Counted from the first letter of the whole stretch, positions 20,601 through 31,489 are shown. The stretch: DNA of 63,933 nucleotides, filler included, from 6 parts of 6 records of this genome joined end to end with filler, not necessarily neighbours in it, one strand, 5' to 3'. Numbers and translations are program-made. The notes: a model not told the origin generated them from the sequence alone.

Positions 20601-21879
20601 TCTGATACCAAAATCGACTGCGCACCCGCTCAACACCAAGATCCCTTTGCAGCCGGCGCCGCTGTTTTTCTGTCTTCTTGGCCTTCTTTTCTTCCTTCAG
20701 TTCCTTCTTTCTCTTTTTCTCGTGCATAGTCGTAATCAGCTGCTTGTACCTGTCACGGAACTTCTTCCGTTCGCGTGCCATTTCCTCTTCGTCTTCTGCA
20801 AATTCAGCCTCGAGTTCCGCCACAACCTTGGGTTTAGCACCAACACTATATGCAGCACCTAGCGACTTATCCGAAGGAGCCCTCGGCAGTGGGGGGCGCT
20901 CTGCAGTCGCCCGCCCGCCCGCGGAAGGTGCATCCTTTCTCCGCAACCTGTTCGCCCCCTCAGATGCACGCTCCTTCTCAAGCTGCGTTGGTTGCGGTGG
21001 GGGAGGGGCAACAACCCCCTCGGTCCGTTTCTTGATAGCCCTTGCAAGGACCTCGGCCCTAACCTTATCCCTGTACTCGTTCAGCCTCCGAGCACGCTCC
21101 GCCACCCTCTCCCTCTCCGCCCTGTTTTGCATTGCAAGCTTCTTTAGGTAATCTTTGTTCCTGTTGGAGTAAGTTGCCTTCAGTTTGGTACCATCCTCAC
21201 TTGGTGCAGTCTTGCCCTGCTTGGAAAGCCGGCCACCGTTCTGCGAAACCTTCTTCGTTTTGTTTCCTCCGCTCGCCTTCATCTCCTGCTCCTTTCGAAC
21301 AACCACCTGCCCTTCATCTTCAACTTCAATCACCAAGTCATTGAGTTTCACACTCAGGACCGACTGGTTGCATGGATCAACATCGTCATCAGACTCCTCC
21401 GGTCCATCGCCATCCTCCTCAACGTCCTCCCCTCCTTCGTAGCGATGAGACACGGCGCCGTCAAGTTCGTCGTCGTCGTCAAAGTCATTCGAATAGTCTC
21501 CCAGTCCACCATAGGTGCTCAACGCCTCCTCCACGATGCTCTTGCCATCCATGTCCCCGGGCAGATACATGTTTGGATCGTCATATAACGGAGCATCGTC
21601 GTCCGAGTCGTCACTGTAGTCAACGTCATCCTCATCTGAAGACGAACCGGGCAGATCAAACTGTTTTCCAACCGAACTACTCGTTTTGCTATCTGGGCTC
21701 GTGCCGGGATGTTGAAAGCCTTGCTCCCCGGCTTCCGCGGGCCCCGGAAGACCGTCGTCGTCAAAGAGCCCCTCCTTTGCAAGAGCCTCCAGCTCCAGCA
21801 TTTCTGCTACTGGTATACCCAAACTTTTCGAGACGAAATCATCTTCGTCTGACACTTTCTTTCTAGCTGATATGGACAT
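17602..21879 (-). CDS. Tubulin-tyrosine-ligase-like protein, TTLL3/TTLL8 glycylase type
   Basis: 1425-aa ORF with NHF...ITTKVGL, FYPRSY, KPAGKSRGRGI, VVQKY, KFDIRQW and FEMYGYDF...WLIEINSSP motifs, and a long charged N-terminus. Confidence 0.87.
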   Translation of the reverse strand: MSISARKKVSDEDDFVSKSLGIPVAEMLELEALAKEGLFDDDGLPGPAEAGEQGFQHPGTSPDSKTSSSVGKQFDLPGSSSDEDDVDYSDDSDDDAPLYDDPNMYLPGDMDGKSIVEEALSTYGGLGDYSNDFDDDDELDGAVSHRYEGGEDVEEDGDGPEESDDDVDPCNQSVLSVKLNDLVIEVEDEGQVVVRKEQEMKASGGNKTKKVSQNGGRLSKQGKTAPSEDGTKLKATYSNRNKDYLKKLAMQNRAERERVAERARRLNEYRDKVRAEVLARAIKKRTEGVVAPPPPQPTQLEKERASEGANRLRRKDAPSAGGRATAERPPLPRAPSDKSLGAAYSVGAKPKVVAELEAEFAEDEEEMARERKKFRDRYKQLITTMHEKKRKKELKEEKKAKKTEKQRRRLQRDLGVERVRSRFWYQTNQVLEEGAKKAVEREEKKMGEMASKEDRKLDKEDYQVMLNKQAEYLERLKLQREKKEAERLEREEKEARIREKARKKVMKAVEKDKEGREKDAGAEGSDDEDDAPVGGRLAPIKEDAVTEKKKKKNRSAVEEELAFFRRKHRLDDSTPIFQISGGYPAIKKALKKRGFYENKDTEGSPMCFDFKWTLKWRDINFRELNDFQVCNHFGKSSEITTKVGLSKNLQSLKWFQNIDYLTFYPRSYDLNKPNELQDFIDDFKVTEAESVLKRYVHLFEQMGKESEPDFWVSGEQLQIAIRVSRSRLSDFNDFDLDEGMFADELIDDRDWRVLCNRDLEAKIKAAKKAGRKSPSLPEDDVYADMALYEDVKSLLAKLKETSPQFNLNGMRNVWVAKPAGKSRGRGIRSMDNLEEILEYTDGREGAHWVVQKYLENTLLVHNRKFDIRQWIVVTGWNPLTIWFYKECYCRFCADEFNWDLDNLYVHMCNNSIQRNDEERMRKNDNIFSGNMWHSDTFREYIQQKHGSPDLWDNPKTGIHKMLKDRIIWSLQSAQDMVDNRKNSFEMYGYDFILDVDYKPWLIEINSSPAMDYSTKVTEELCAKALSETINVVVDYANAPIRPRKKKAPASPAKSLNSSPSKVASMASHAADNSDNATPSVMPCMMNESEGAEVVEADHETEPERDSEMDGVDVEDHVDGLKVTDDTAEQPLDPDNGIVYRDMVDTGGWELLYRHKIEIARPIAALGSNFMCQGQQLKITRVHNIPKVATKCEDISVAGDGSATHTQPLSPRVIKALEEKAAAAAAAKQSRAHSSGHIERLAQRKTDVAPKPARAVETARPLGRTNSDQALPVKREHRVGPPAAWVERLSTRRNSSNVDEFTEDAAPALPDERESDSPAFGIPTPVGAGASAAMALAELSDMAGTDGDNPTPPPIAVVGPSIRPAVLRERRALPARKPAPMRRTSLGGGGGDENRPPAPAKVAVPMKTVTLGIGLAFDGPTGQSPF

Positions 21880-22790
21880 TCTATACTACGGGAAAAATCG
21901 GTTGTACTCTATGTCTATATCCCCTTCCTCATTACACCTCCGACTATTCTTGACGAAATGAGACGAGGCGGAAACTTTATGTGAACGCACTGGAAGGCTT
22001 TGTGTTTGCCGGGATCTAGGTGAGAGCCCATACAATCACACCGCCAAGACTACCAACCACGTGGCCTACGTGGGGCAAAGAGCACTTGCTACGACTTCTG
22101 GAGAGGTGGGTGCTGTGGGAAGTCTCCCAATGACTAGAACGACTTCTGGCGGCAGAGCCAGGAGTGCCACAGTGTGCCAGCCAGTGCCGGAGGTTAGTGA
22201 TAGCTTTGACCCACCTCCCTCCGGTTAGTCGCCTGAGGTTCGCCTTGTTGACGGTTTCAGGGCGGGGCCGCGCTGTGTCCTCCTTGTTGCTTGGCGACAT
22301 GACGTTTGGTTTTTGGCGACAAGGAGGCCAAGGAGTGCGGGGCCACATCGTCTCGCTGACGGCCGGGGCTGCGGGCGGGACTCCAATCATTAGAGGGGGC
22401 GGCCTGAATCCAAGAAGTTTGAATCTGCACTGCCGAGCCCTCACCACCGCCAGCCCGAGACAGTTGGCATTGTTGATCCTCACATTTGAAATCCGGCCCG
22501 CGCCCGGCCCTGGACATGGTCAGTTGAGTACACCGCATACAACGAGACAAAATCGATTAATAACGAACGTATAATTGACATATATAAATATATTTATTAC
22601 TATGATTACTAAAAATAACATCGACTCATATAACTGATGAGAGGAGTCATCGAGCAAGGGTGGTGTGGCTATGATCACTGCTGATCCTAATAGCGCTCTG
22701 GTACCGCCAGGCAGCCCAGCCAGGCAGCCCAGCCAGTCAGTTTCAGGCAATAATCCCTTAGGAGAAGGACGAAACTTGCAACCTTGACTC

Positions 22791-25700
22791 TCAGAAAGCG
22801 TCATTGACCATATATTGTGGCCTGAGCTTGACCGAAGGAAGTCCTACCGAGCTGTTCTCAACAGAACCAGCGCTGACGTTGGGGACTCGAGGCTTCAGTG
22901 CAGGTTGCCGCTGAGGGGACTCTGCCTTCCAGATGGGCTGTGGGCCACTCCCACGACCTGGCGTCTGAACACCATTTCCTGCATTGTTATTCATCATTAC
23001 CTTCTGCACTGTGTTCATCCGACTCTGATAATGCGGCCCGTGGGACAGATGCTTGAACCCCCGAGCAGAGTTCGGGAAGCGAGCGGATGCATCCGCCCCT
23101 CCACCAAACCGCCCGCCGGGAGAAGTTACTGCCGAGGGTCCATCCTTACTACCTAGGGGGAGACGAGAACCCAGAACTCTGCTTAGTTGTGCAGGGATGC
23201 TGTTCGACCGACTCCTGGCATGGTGAGCCGATGGTCCGTCCGCCATTATCGGGACAAAACTGGTGTGCGTAGTGGTCATGGTTGAGGTACGACGCCGGGG
23301 GGGCAGTGCATCGGAGCTCCTATTGCTTTTAAGAGGACTGGCGCTGTTGCTCATATTCGAGGGCGGAAGCAGATAAAGCTCACTCGATATGCTATTAGAA
23401 CCCACCCGCTGCCGCAACGACGACGCCTGAATCATGGCCTTTGCATCACGTGGCTCAGCAGCCCCCGTCGTTGATGTGTCGGTGTTGATGAAGTTCGTCA
23501 TTACCTCCCCATCATGAACAGCCGCAGGCACATCATTCTCTTTTCCAGCTATTGTGTTCTCCTCGCCACCGACAGAGCTTCCTCTGGACGATTCGGCCAC
23601 AACCTTCTGTGGACTGCCCTTGTTCATTGATGAACGGCGAATAGAAAGCGAATCCCGTCGTCCCGGCAGCGACTTCTTCCTGGGAGGTAGCGAGGGTGCC
23701 ATTGAATCCACTCCCCTGTCTTTCTTCTCTAGTTCCTCCCTTACTTGAGCCCTGCGCGCAGCATTCTTGGCATCACGTTTCAAGGTGGCTTGGCGATCTG
23801 CTTTCGGGAACTTCTTCTTTAGCTGTGCGATTTTGTTGGTAGCCCACTTAATGGTTGAGTCTATGATAAGCTTCTCCCTATATCTGCACAAAACAGCGTT
23901 GCGTACATTTTTCGATAGAGACGTTTTTAGAAGAGCCTCGTCGTAAGATATTGTGGTTGTATACTGCTGAATCCTTGCACGGCAAATCACAGAGAACGAT
24001 CTTAGTGTCTCGACATCGCTATACTTGTTCACTGATCGAAGAACCTCTTCGACCAAATCGTCCGGATCTAAGTCAATCGCTCTTTTAACTTGCGCTGGCG
24101 TCATGGCAATGATCCGCAACGCACCCATCATTTCAAGAGGAGTTTTCTTCAATCTCAATGTAAATGAATTGCTCAGATCACAGCGCCATGCCAGACGCCG
24201 CTTATCTTTGTAGCACTCATCTGTTTTCGGTATTTTCAAGGTCAAGTCTACATAGTCGTTCTTTGGATCTTCAGGAATAAAGCCGTAGTCCTGAATAGTG
24301 TGGTGCATACATTCCAGATTGTGTCCATAATCAACAAATATTTGGTCACCACGGCACAGTCGTGACGTCGCTGTAACCACAAATACTTCCTTCTCGTCAT
24401 CATATCCAAAGTCACAAGCTGGAGCATTAGATGGCCGATGATTAAACATATCCGCGCCAGGAACAAAAGCATAGCCCTCAGAAATACAAAAGCATCTCGC
24501 CCTCTCAGTCGCATACACCCACTTAAATTCTTCAAGTGTGTGCACATTGGGATTGAAAAATTCTGGGTACTTCTCAAATAACAAAGGAAAGACGGAATCG
24601 TAGAGGTCTTTCACCTCCTTCTCCCGCTTCTTAATTAGCTTCCCTATGTTCGAACCTTTAAACTCCGCAATCTCCTTTTCGCTATAAAACAGCGGCGTCG
24701 TTAAAGTCTTTGGAAGAATATTGATCCATGGTGCCCAGAAAGACTTAGGGTTGTGCTTCTCAAACAACAGCTGCACAGATAAGTGGCAGTCCTTCAAAAG
24801 AGTACGATTCTCCTTGTAAACCTTGGACAATGTTCCCTCGAAAGCAGTATGTGAGGTCATCATCACACTCTTCGGCACTGTTACTACGGGCGTGTCTGTT
24901 GGAATGGCTTCTCCCATGCACATTTGGCCACGACCAAAGATGGGCCAAACCCCGAAGCCGATCTGATCCATCTTAACATCATTACTTTTCAACCACTCAA
25001 CATATGCAGTATGCTCCGCGTCATCACTGAGCGGTCTCCCTTTTGCATTCTTGGCAGCATTTTTCCACTTCTCAGCAATGATCTCCTTTCTAGGCTTCGT
25101 CTCCTTGTCTGGTGGAGGGTTTTTGCTCATACCTCCAACCCCAGATGCCCCCATGGAGGGTCTAGAAACGTTCACAGATCCAGCCCCCTTTTGCTTTCGA
25201 ATCTGAGGTTTAAACCTTTTTTCTTTCTCACGATCATTTTCGTCTTCGTCGTCTGAGGATGAATCATCGTCCTCGTCCTCGTCCTCGTCCTCGTCGTCCT
25301 CCTCTTCGTCTCCATCACCCTGGTCGTCCTCTTCATCCTCTCCGCTGTCAGGTGGGACTTTCTCAAGAGCTAAGGTTTTGGCTTCTTTCTCATCTAAGAG
25401 GTCATGGCGTTTTCCCTTCACTTCTCCCTCACCCGTAAACTCCTCTTCGAACTTCCGATCTTCTTCTTCTTCTTCTTCTTCGTCATGGCTGTCACTGTTA
25501 CACCTGGATATAGGAGGGTCCCCCACAGGCGTGCTGCCTCGACTAATCAACTCGACAGAGGACTGGCTCACCTCCCTTGACCAATTGGAGCTCCCCGTGC
25601 TGCTAGGCAATGAGTGCGGAAGCCCAGCTACGTCACTTCCACCGTCCCCGGTGCTCTCGGTTCTTGACAATCCACCTCCTGGATCATGACCCGCCGTGTC

Positions 25701-25931
25701 GGTCAGATGTGGCACGACGACGGTCACCATTTCTGACCTCACTTTTGTTGCAAGACCTTTCATATAGTCGTAGTCGCACATATATCTGCAGCTGTGGCGG
25801 CAAAGCTGGTATGCGCTTTCTTGGTGTTTTAGTTGGCACTCTAACGGGCGTCCAGACGCAAGTGTCAAAAATGGCTCGAAAGAACTAACTGTGCCATTTT
25901 GGCTTGGTGCGATGGGGCTCTTGCTGCTCAT
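22791..25931 (-). CDS. SET-domain methyltransferase, SETD3/Rubisco-LSMT type, with long low-complexity termini
   Basis: GRG, SFWAPWINILP, DMFNH, DYG and YGF motifs followed by a helical LSMT-like substrate-binding region. The exact start and any in-frame introns are uncertain. Confidence 0.8.
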   Translation of the reverse strand: MSSKSPIAPSQNGTVSSFEPFLTLASGRPLECQLKHQESAYQLCRHSCRYMCDYDYMKGLATKVRSEMVTVVVPHLTDTAGHDPGGGLSRTESTGDGGSDVAGLPHSLPSSTGSSNWSREVSQSSVELISRGSTPVGDPPISRCNSDSHDEEEEEEEDRKFEEEFTGEGEVKGKRHDLLDEKEAKTLALEKVPPDSGEDEEDDQGDGDEEEDDEDEDEDEDDDSSSDDEDENDREKEKRFKPQIRKQKGAGSVNVSRPSMGASGVGGMSKNPPPDKETKPRKEIIAEKWKNAAKNAKGRPLSDDAEHTAYVEWLKSNDVKMDQIGFGVWPIFGRGQMCMGEAIPTDTPVVTVPKSVMMTSHTAFEGTLSKVYKENRTLLKDCHLSVQLLFEKHNPKSFWAPWINILPKTLTTPLFYSEKEIAEFKGSNIGKLIKKREKEVKDLYDSVFPLLFEKYPEFFNPNVHTLEEFKWVYATERARCFCISEGYAFVPGADMFNHRPSNAPACDFGYDDEKEVFVVTATSRLCRGDQIFVDYGHNLECMHHTIQDYGFIPEDPKNDYVDLTLKIPKTDECYKDKRRLAWRCDLSNSFTLRLKKTPLEMMGALRIIAMTPAQVKRAIDLDPDDLVEEVLRSVNKYSDVETLRSFSVICRARIQQYTTTISYDEALLKTSLSKNVRNAVLCRYREKLIIDSTIKWATNKIAQLKKKFPKADRQATLKRDAKNAARRAQVREELEKKDRGVDSMAPSLPPRKKSLPGRRDSLSIRRSSMNKGSPQKVVAESSRGSSVGGEENTIAGKENDVPAAVHDGEVMTNFINTDTSTTGAAEPRDAKAMIQASSLRQRVGSNSISSELYLLPPSNMSNSASPLKSNRSSDALPPRRRTSTMTTTHTSFVPIMADGPSAHHARSRSNSIPAQLSRVLGSRLPLGSKDGPSAVTSPGGRFGGGADASARFPNSARGFKHLSHGPHYQSRMNTVQKVMMNNNAGNGVQTPGRGSGPQPIWKAESPQRQPALKPRVPNVSAGSVENSSVGLPSVKLRPQYMVNDAF

Positions 25932-26676
25932 CGCACAGCGGCAGGGCTCGGCCGGCCGGCCTCCACACGCCGACTTCAGAGGCCCACGAGGGGTCGGGGC
26001 GGTGTTGGGCCGAAGCAGAGACTGGGCGCGGGGCGCGCATCCGGCCCGTAGGGCGTAGCCACGAACCCTAGCTCACCTACCTACTCAGAAGCTGGCTGGC
26101 TAGCTCTCCTCTAGGGCTAGCTAGGCAAGCCGGCTCAGTTGTCGTTGGGGAGGCGGCCGGCGTGTCATCACTCCTTGGGGGCCGCGTGCACGTGATCGTG
26201 AGCTCCCAAATAACGGACACCACCTCAGCCATGCCTCTCTGGATTGGACGAACAACACTCTTTATAACGTAGTATACAAATGTCAATTAAGCAAATAGAT
26301 TAGTAAGATTTTCTTGTGGGCTGAGATCAAGCAACCAATCTACACATAGGAAACCAATTGAACCCAACCGGACATTTTTGACTGCCCTCTGGTGTAGGCT
26401 GCGCAGTCTGATGCTGACGGGCTTGGCCGAAACTGAGTAGGTCCCCACTGACTAGTGTGACACCGGCGGGTAGGGGGGTCTCAGCACTTGTACGCCGGAC
26501 ACGTCGCTGTTCGGACGGCAATCGTCCTGTCCTTCACAGCCTTTGTTATTGTTGCACAGGATATCGGCCACCCCCTCGGCAAAAGCGAGCTACCTTGGTA
26601 TGGAGAAATATGCCGGGGCTTTCAACCGTATAAATCTAAGCTGCTCCCAAGGAGGTTGGTAGAAGGGACCGCCAAC

Positions 26677-28608
26677 ATGAGGCGAACCTGGGTTCATGCG
26701 CTGACAGCGTGCTTGGTGGTCTTGATGACCATGGAGAGGGCGGTCAATGCGTATTCCTACATAGATAGCGTTCTTGTTGACCAGGACTCAAGCGGGAAAA
26801 TTAACTTCGACCGTGTACAAAATGCACTCTCGAACCTTCAGGGGGACTTTGACATGGAACCGTTGAGGAGGGCTGTCGATGGAGCAACACCAGCAGAAGC
26901 TAAGAGGTTGGCCAACCTCATGAAGGAATATGGGTGGGTATATGGATACGCGAATTGTGGTTCGGTGCTTACATGATGCTATTTGCTAGTGTATGGACTG
27001 AAAAGAGTTGGCGTGATATCCCGGCCGAGGAGTTTCTCGAGGAAGCGGGAAACACGGAGAAGCCATCGGGTGGTGATGGGGAAAAGGAAATTCCTCGCAA
27101 GAACAAGAACGGGAAATGCAACCCGAGCAAGTGCCAGATGAAGGGAAAGGTAGGTTGATGGGCCATTCTGTTCGAAGACATATCTAACAAGCAGGGTTGA
27201 ACAGTGTAAGCCCCCTAAGTGCGATTGGAAGTGCGGGAAGCCCAACTGCCCCCACCCGGTGTGCAAGCCCGAGTGTAAGAAGCCGAAGTGTACTGTGAAG
27301 TGCAAGCCATCCAAATGCGTGTGCAACACCACGTGTGCCGACCCTGTGTGTGAGACAAAGTGTGGAAAGTTCGATGATCCTTGCATTTCATGCCCGCCTC
27401 CGTGCGAGACCTTCTGCAAGGACCCTGTATGTAAAATAGATTGCAGCAAATGCAAGGAGAAGCAGCAGGCGGACTGCACTGCGGATTGTCCGGATGCCGT
27501 GTGCCGCTGGGACTGCACCGCTCCCAAGTGCGACAAGCCAGAATGCAAACTCGAGTGCGAGAAGCCTGCTCCAGTGTGCGGCGATGACGAGCCTGACGTT
27601 CCTTGGCCTGAGGATGGTGGCGAAGGACAGGATGGCAAGGATAAGAACAACTCTGGGGATGGCAACAACAGCGGAGACGGCAACACATCGGGAGACAACA
27701 AGAACAACTCGGGAGATGGAAATAACTCGGGCGATGGTAACGATGGCGGTGACGGTAATGATGGCGGCGACGGCAATGAAGGCGGCGACGGTAACGATAG
27801 TGGAGACGGAAATGATGGAGGTGATGGCAGCAATGATGGTGATGGCAACAATGACGGCGACGGGAACGATGGCGGCGACGGGAACGATGGCGGCGATGGC
27901 AATGATGGCGGCGGCGATAATAGCGGTAGCAACTCTGGGGATGGTAATTGTGAAGATGAGCCGTCAGAGGAGGATTGCCAGGATGACTCCCCATGCCTTG
28001 AGGAAGTCACTGCGTTTTATAGGAGGTGCCCCCACAAGAAGCGCGCGCACGCGCAGAGGAAGAATGCCCACCACCTCCAGCACAAGCATCACGCCTCCCA
28101 CGGTGGCTCGGGAATGGTCCCGATGCAGCTCAGGGGAGCTGGCAAGGTGATTACTCCCAGTATTTTGAAGGGAAATCTCCCAGCGAACAAGCCATCTGCC
28201 GTGAAGGCGCCGGAGAAGATCACACCTGCTGCCTCCCCAACACCCGCAGCTTCCCCAGCCCCAGCAGCAGCTCCTGCACAGAAGGATTCATCAAAGTCGA
28301 TTTTTGGTCAAATGACGGAGAAACCCGCTGATGCTAAGTTGTCGTTGACTGATGTTTACCCAGGCGTAGCTGTCAACTCCTTGAAGACTGGTGCCATTCC
28401 TGCTGACCGGGTGTCTGGCCCGGTAACGACTGATCTCGGGGAGAAGACTGCAGCGAAGGGCAAGCCTGCAGTGAAAGCTGGAATCGATAAGGGGGCTCTT
28501 ATCAAGGATTGCTTTAGCAAGTGCGAGGCGATGAAGGCAGAGAAAGCCAAGGCTAGCTGCAATGAGTCGTGCACTGATGAGATGATGAAGAGTGGCATAA
28601 CCCAGTAA
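26677..28608 (+). CDS. Putative secreted Cys/Pro/Lys-rich protein with GDGN hexapeptide repeats (3 exons, ~606 aa)
   Basis: Signal peptide MRRTWVHALTACLVVLMTMERAVNA. Introns 26934-26989 and 27150-27204 join three ORF-track fragments in frame. TATAAAT lies at 26629. Confidence 0.78.
27646..27948 (+). repeat. Coding 18-nt tandem repeat, ~16 x N-[D/N]-[G/S]-G-D-G
   Basis: Visible in both the translation and the DNA; synonymous positions differ between units. Confidence 0.9.
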
Positions 28609-28986
28609 AATAACATTATTGGAAGCATATTTGGGGTATCTTTCTATATTGAAACAGAGAAAGATGTCGTCAATTGGCTTTCATGGGCATACAAGTGGCT
28701 TCAGACAAAGACTAACAGCGTGCTGTCCACGATCCCATCAGATGTTCATAGGTGTTCGTATGCCGACATGCAAAGCATTACAGCCACTCATCACTCGGAA
28801 GAAGATTCAGTGCGGACCTCGGGCATCCCATGTGACGATTACTTGATATTCATGTTCAGCTTCGTGCCATCACCCGTAGGATTTTTCCTATAAGAGAAAA
28901 GACCAAGCCCACGCTCCTTCCAAGCCTGAATATCCTAACAAGCAGTTGATGTTAGCTCAGAGTATCTTCAAGAATACCAGTGACTT

Positions 28987-30255
28987 CTAACTCACATCTA
29001 AAGGTGGAAGTTCGTCTTCCTTCGATTCATCAACTGGCTCTGAGCGAGTCACATCTTCACAATGGTGTTGATGCCGCATGTCCGGCTCCTTCGCATCAGC
29101 TGGGGACTTCCGGGATTCCGCCATGCCGCTGTCATGGTCCGCATCCGCACCGAGTTTACCCTGTTCGGAGCTCTTAGAAGTCTCCGCATCTTTCGATAGT
29201 GATAAACCAGAGAGAGATGCAGGATATGGAATCTTGACTGCTCCTTGCATGGATGGCATCTTGACATTGGGCACAGGCACCTTCCCACTAAAGGCACTGG
29301 CAAGGTTCATGAAAGTTCCCCAAGCTGATGAGAACGTGCTACCACCATCCTCACATTCCTTCTCACTCTGATCATCTTTAGATGGCTCTGGCTCTCGCTC
29401 TGGCGTTGATTCATGCAGGCTCTCAACAGGTTGGAGAAAAAGCTGAGCCCCTTTAGCCTTATTTTGTCGCTCAATATTGTTGCTCTTCCCCCCGCTCTTT
29501 CCAGGTCGAATTGTACTTGTCACAACCTTGGCGCGTTTCGCGCCATACGATCCACTGATCAAATGGAAGTCCTCTTCTGCAGGGGGGTTCGCCCCTTTCC
29601 TGACATTTGCCGTCAGAGGTGTAAGAAAGTTTGCGTACGCCAGTGCTATCTGACGCGAAGCGCTTTGAGGCTCCGGAAGGACTTGGTTTCCTTGCCACCC
29701 CAATGACGGAATGAGAATGCGCCTCAGCTGGGGCTCATCCCTGACACGAGCCCTTTGGTTGTGGCGGCCGATTTCTATCAAAGCAGCCCATACACATCTG
29801 TATACCGCATCTGTATTGAGGAGAGTTTCCGTCCATCGTGATATAGGTGAGTGGGCAATGAACGGATGAGCCTTACTTTCTGTTGGGATGAGCAGGCACG
29901 TCCCGACAGGTTGTTCACCCCAACACTCTTCCAAAATGCGCAGCTGAAGTGTTGACACTATTCGTTCACCAAACAGCCTTCGGACTTGGACGCCTGCTGG
30001 GCACTCCAACGTGCCAAAGCTGTTGCTTCCAACCACGACGACGTCATAGTCTTCTACTTTGTCTATGTCCTTCTGAAGGATGGTGACCCCCATAACACAC
30101 CCAAAGGCTGCCCGCAACTGCAAGCATGCTACATAAACGTCGCCTGGTCAGTCCCTGTATATAACTTATACACACCACTCACTTGGTACATCAGTCGTGG
30201 CGAGAATAAGGTGAATTCCGCTGTCTTCTCTATCGTGTTCGCCGTCACTCTCCAT
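28987..30255 (-). CDS. Macrodomain-containing protein, degenerate (2 exons, ~404 aa)
   Basis: ATG 30255 and intron 30129-30182. Motifs 'DVVVVGSNSFG', 'GEQPVGTCLLI', 'HPFIAHSP', 'VYRCVWAAL' and 'IPSLG' match the macro-fold layout. Confidence 0.72.
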
Positions 30256-31341
30256 ATCCGTCCGGCACTTCTTGCTCTGCACTTCTTCTTGAAGCCCACT
30301 ACTTGTAAACCAAAAAAGCTATGGCCTAGGGCCCCCCTGGACCGGGCCAGCCCTGGCGCGCTTCTGTGGTTCTTGAAGAACCACAGAGCCGCACGCCCTG
30401 CCGTCACCATCCTCAACTGGAGTCTGCCCTCGTGCACTGAAGCGACTTCGTATGGCGGCGCCGCAGCCGGCACAGCATGTCCCCGTCCCGGTGCCGACCC
30501 GCCGGCGGCGGGCAGCCGGAGTGGTGCCGGCTGGGGCCCGGCCCATATCGGTGGGACCGCGCGACACAGTTCGCGCGACCCCGCCTCCACGGCTCCGGAC
30601 CGGCCCGGGCCGCCGTGGGGTTTGGCCCGGGGCCATTTAATGGCCGGCCCGGCGTCTCCGCAGGTCCGGCCGGCGGCCGGCCGCCACCTGGCTGCGCGAG
30701 GCCCGGAATCTCCAATCGAGATTTACTGCGGAATTGGCGAATCCGTCGGACAAAAGCCGCACAACAGCAGCCTTTTTGGCCACAAGATCCTGTGGCCACA
30801 TTTGAAAGTTCCCCGCTCCAACGTTCGGTGGGTATGTCCAGTGGTGGCCTGTGCGTCGCAGGGGAACTCGCATGGGCAGCGTGGCTTGAAATTGAAGTGC
30901 TACTCTGGCATCGCCTGATGGGCTTGATCAGACTATGACCACTGGGGCCACGTAATGATCGGCCCGACGTCGCTTTGGATCCGGGATCAGAATGGGCCCT
31001 TAGCGACACTGACCGACCACTGGAAAATGAACTCAACGCCGGGCCACCGTTGGGCCCGGAATGGGCCCTTCTGGCTTCGTTACCTCGTACTGTGCCGTAT
31101 TTGCTGACTCAGTTGGTGGTGCCAAGGACAGTTGGCGATGTGACAAGACCCTCGCAAGTCCACACCAGAAGTCGAGGAGTAAGTGATGAGTGGTCCAGGT
31201 TGCACCTCAGATCCCGGCCTACATGTCGAGGCCATGCACGGATCTCAACAATGCCAATGGCTATCATTGCTCAGTTTGAATGTGCACGGCTAACGCTCAA
31301 GGGCGAAGGTGTTGGCCCCTACACTTCACTATTGGTTCACT

Positions 31342-31489
31342 CCCCCCCCCCCCCCCCCCCCCCCCCNNNNNNNNNNNNNNNNNNNNNNNNNNNNNNNNNN
31401 NNNNNNNNNNTTAATTAATTAANNNNNNNNNNNNNNNNNNNNNNNNNNNNNNNNNNNNNNNNNNNNGGGGGGGGGGGGGGGGGGGGGGG
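31342..31489. other. Poly-C contig end (31342-31366), artificial spacer (31367-31466), poly-G contig start (31467-31489)
   Basis: 25 C, then N44-TTAATTAATTAA-N44, then 23 G; assembly breaks at homopolymers. Confidence 0.95.

Noticed and set aside
22633..22670. CTGATGAG as a hammerhead ribozyme core (also near 6083)
   Set aside because: No stem II followed by GAAA and no compatible stems I/III were found.
22706..22736. 13-nt tandem repeat GCCAGGCAGCCCA, about 2.4 copies
   Set aside because: Too short and has no spacers, so it is not CRISPR-like; likely local slippage in a 3' region.
26979..28010. 343-aa Pro/Ser (extensin-like) repeat ORF on the minus strand
   Set aside because: It is the antisense shadow of the GDGN repeat; the plus strand has the signal peptide and consistent splice sites.
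31342..31489. Poly-C end and poly-G start as a join between contigs 2 and 3, or as telomeres
   Set aside because: The orientation is incompatible with a direct overlap, and homopolymers are not telomeric repeats. They are most simply assembly breaks.
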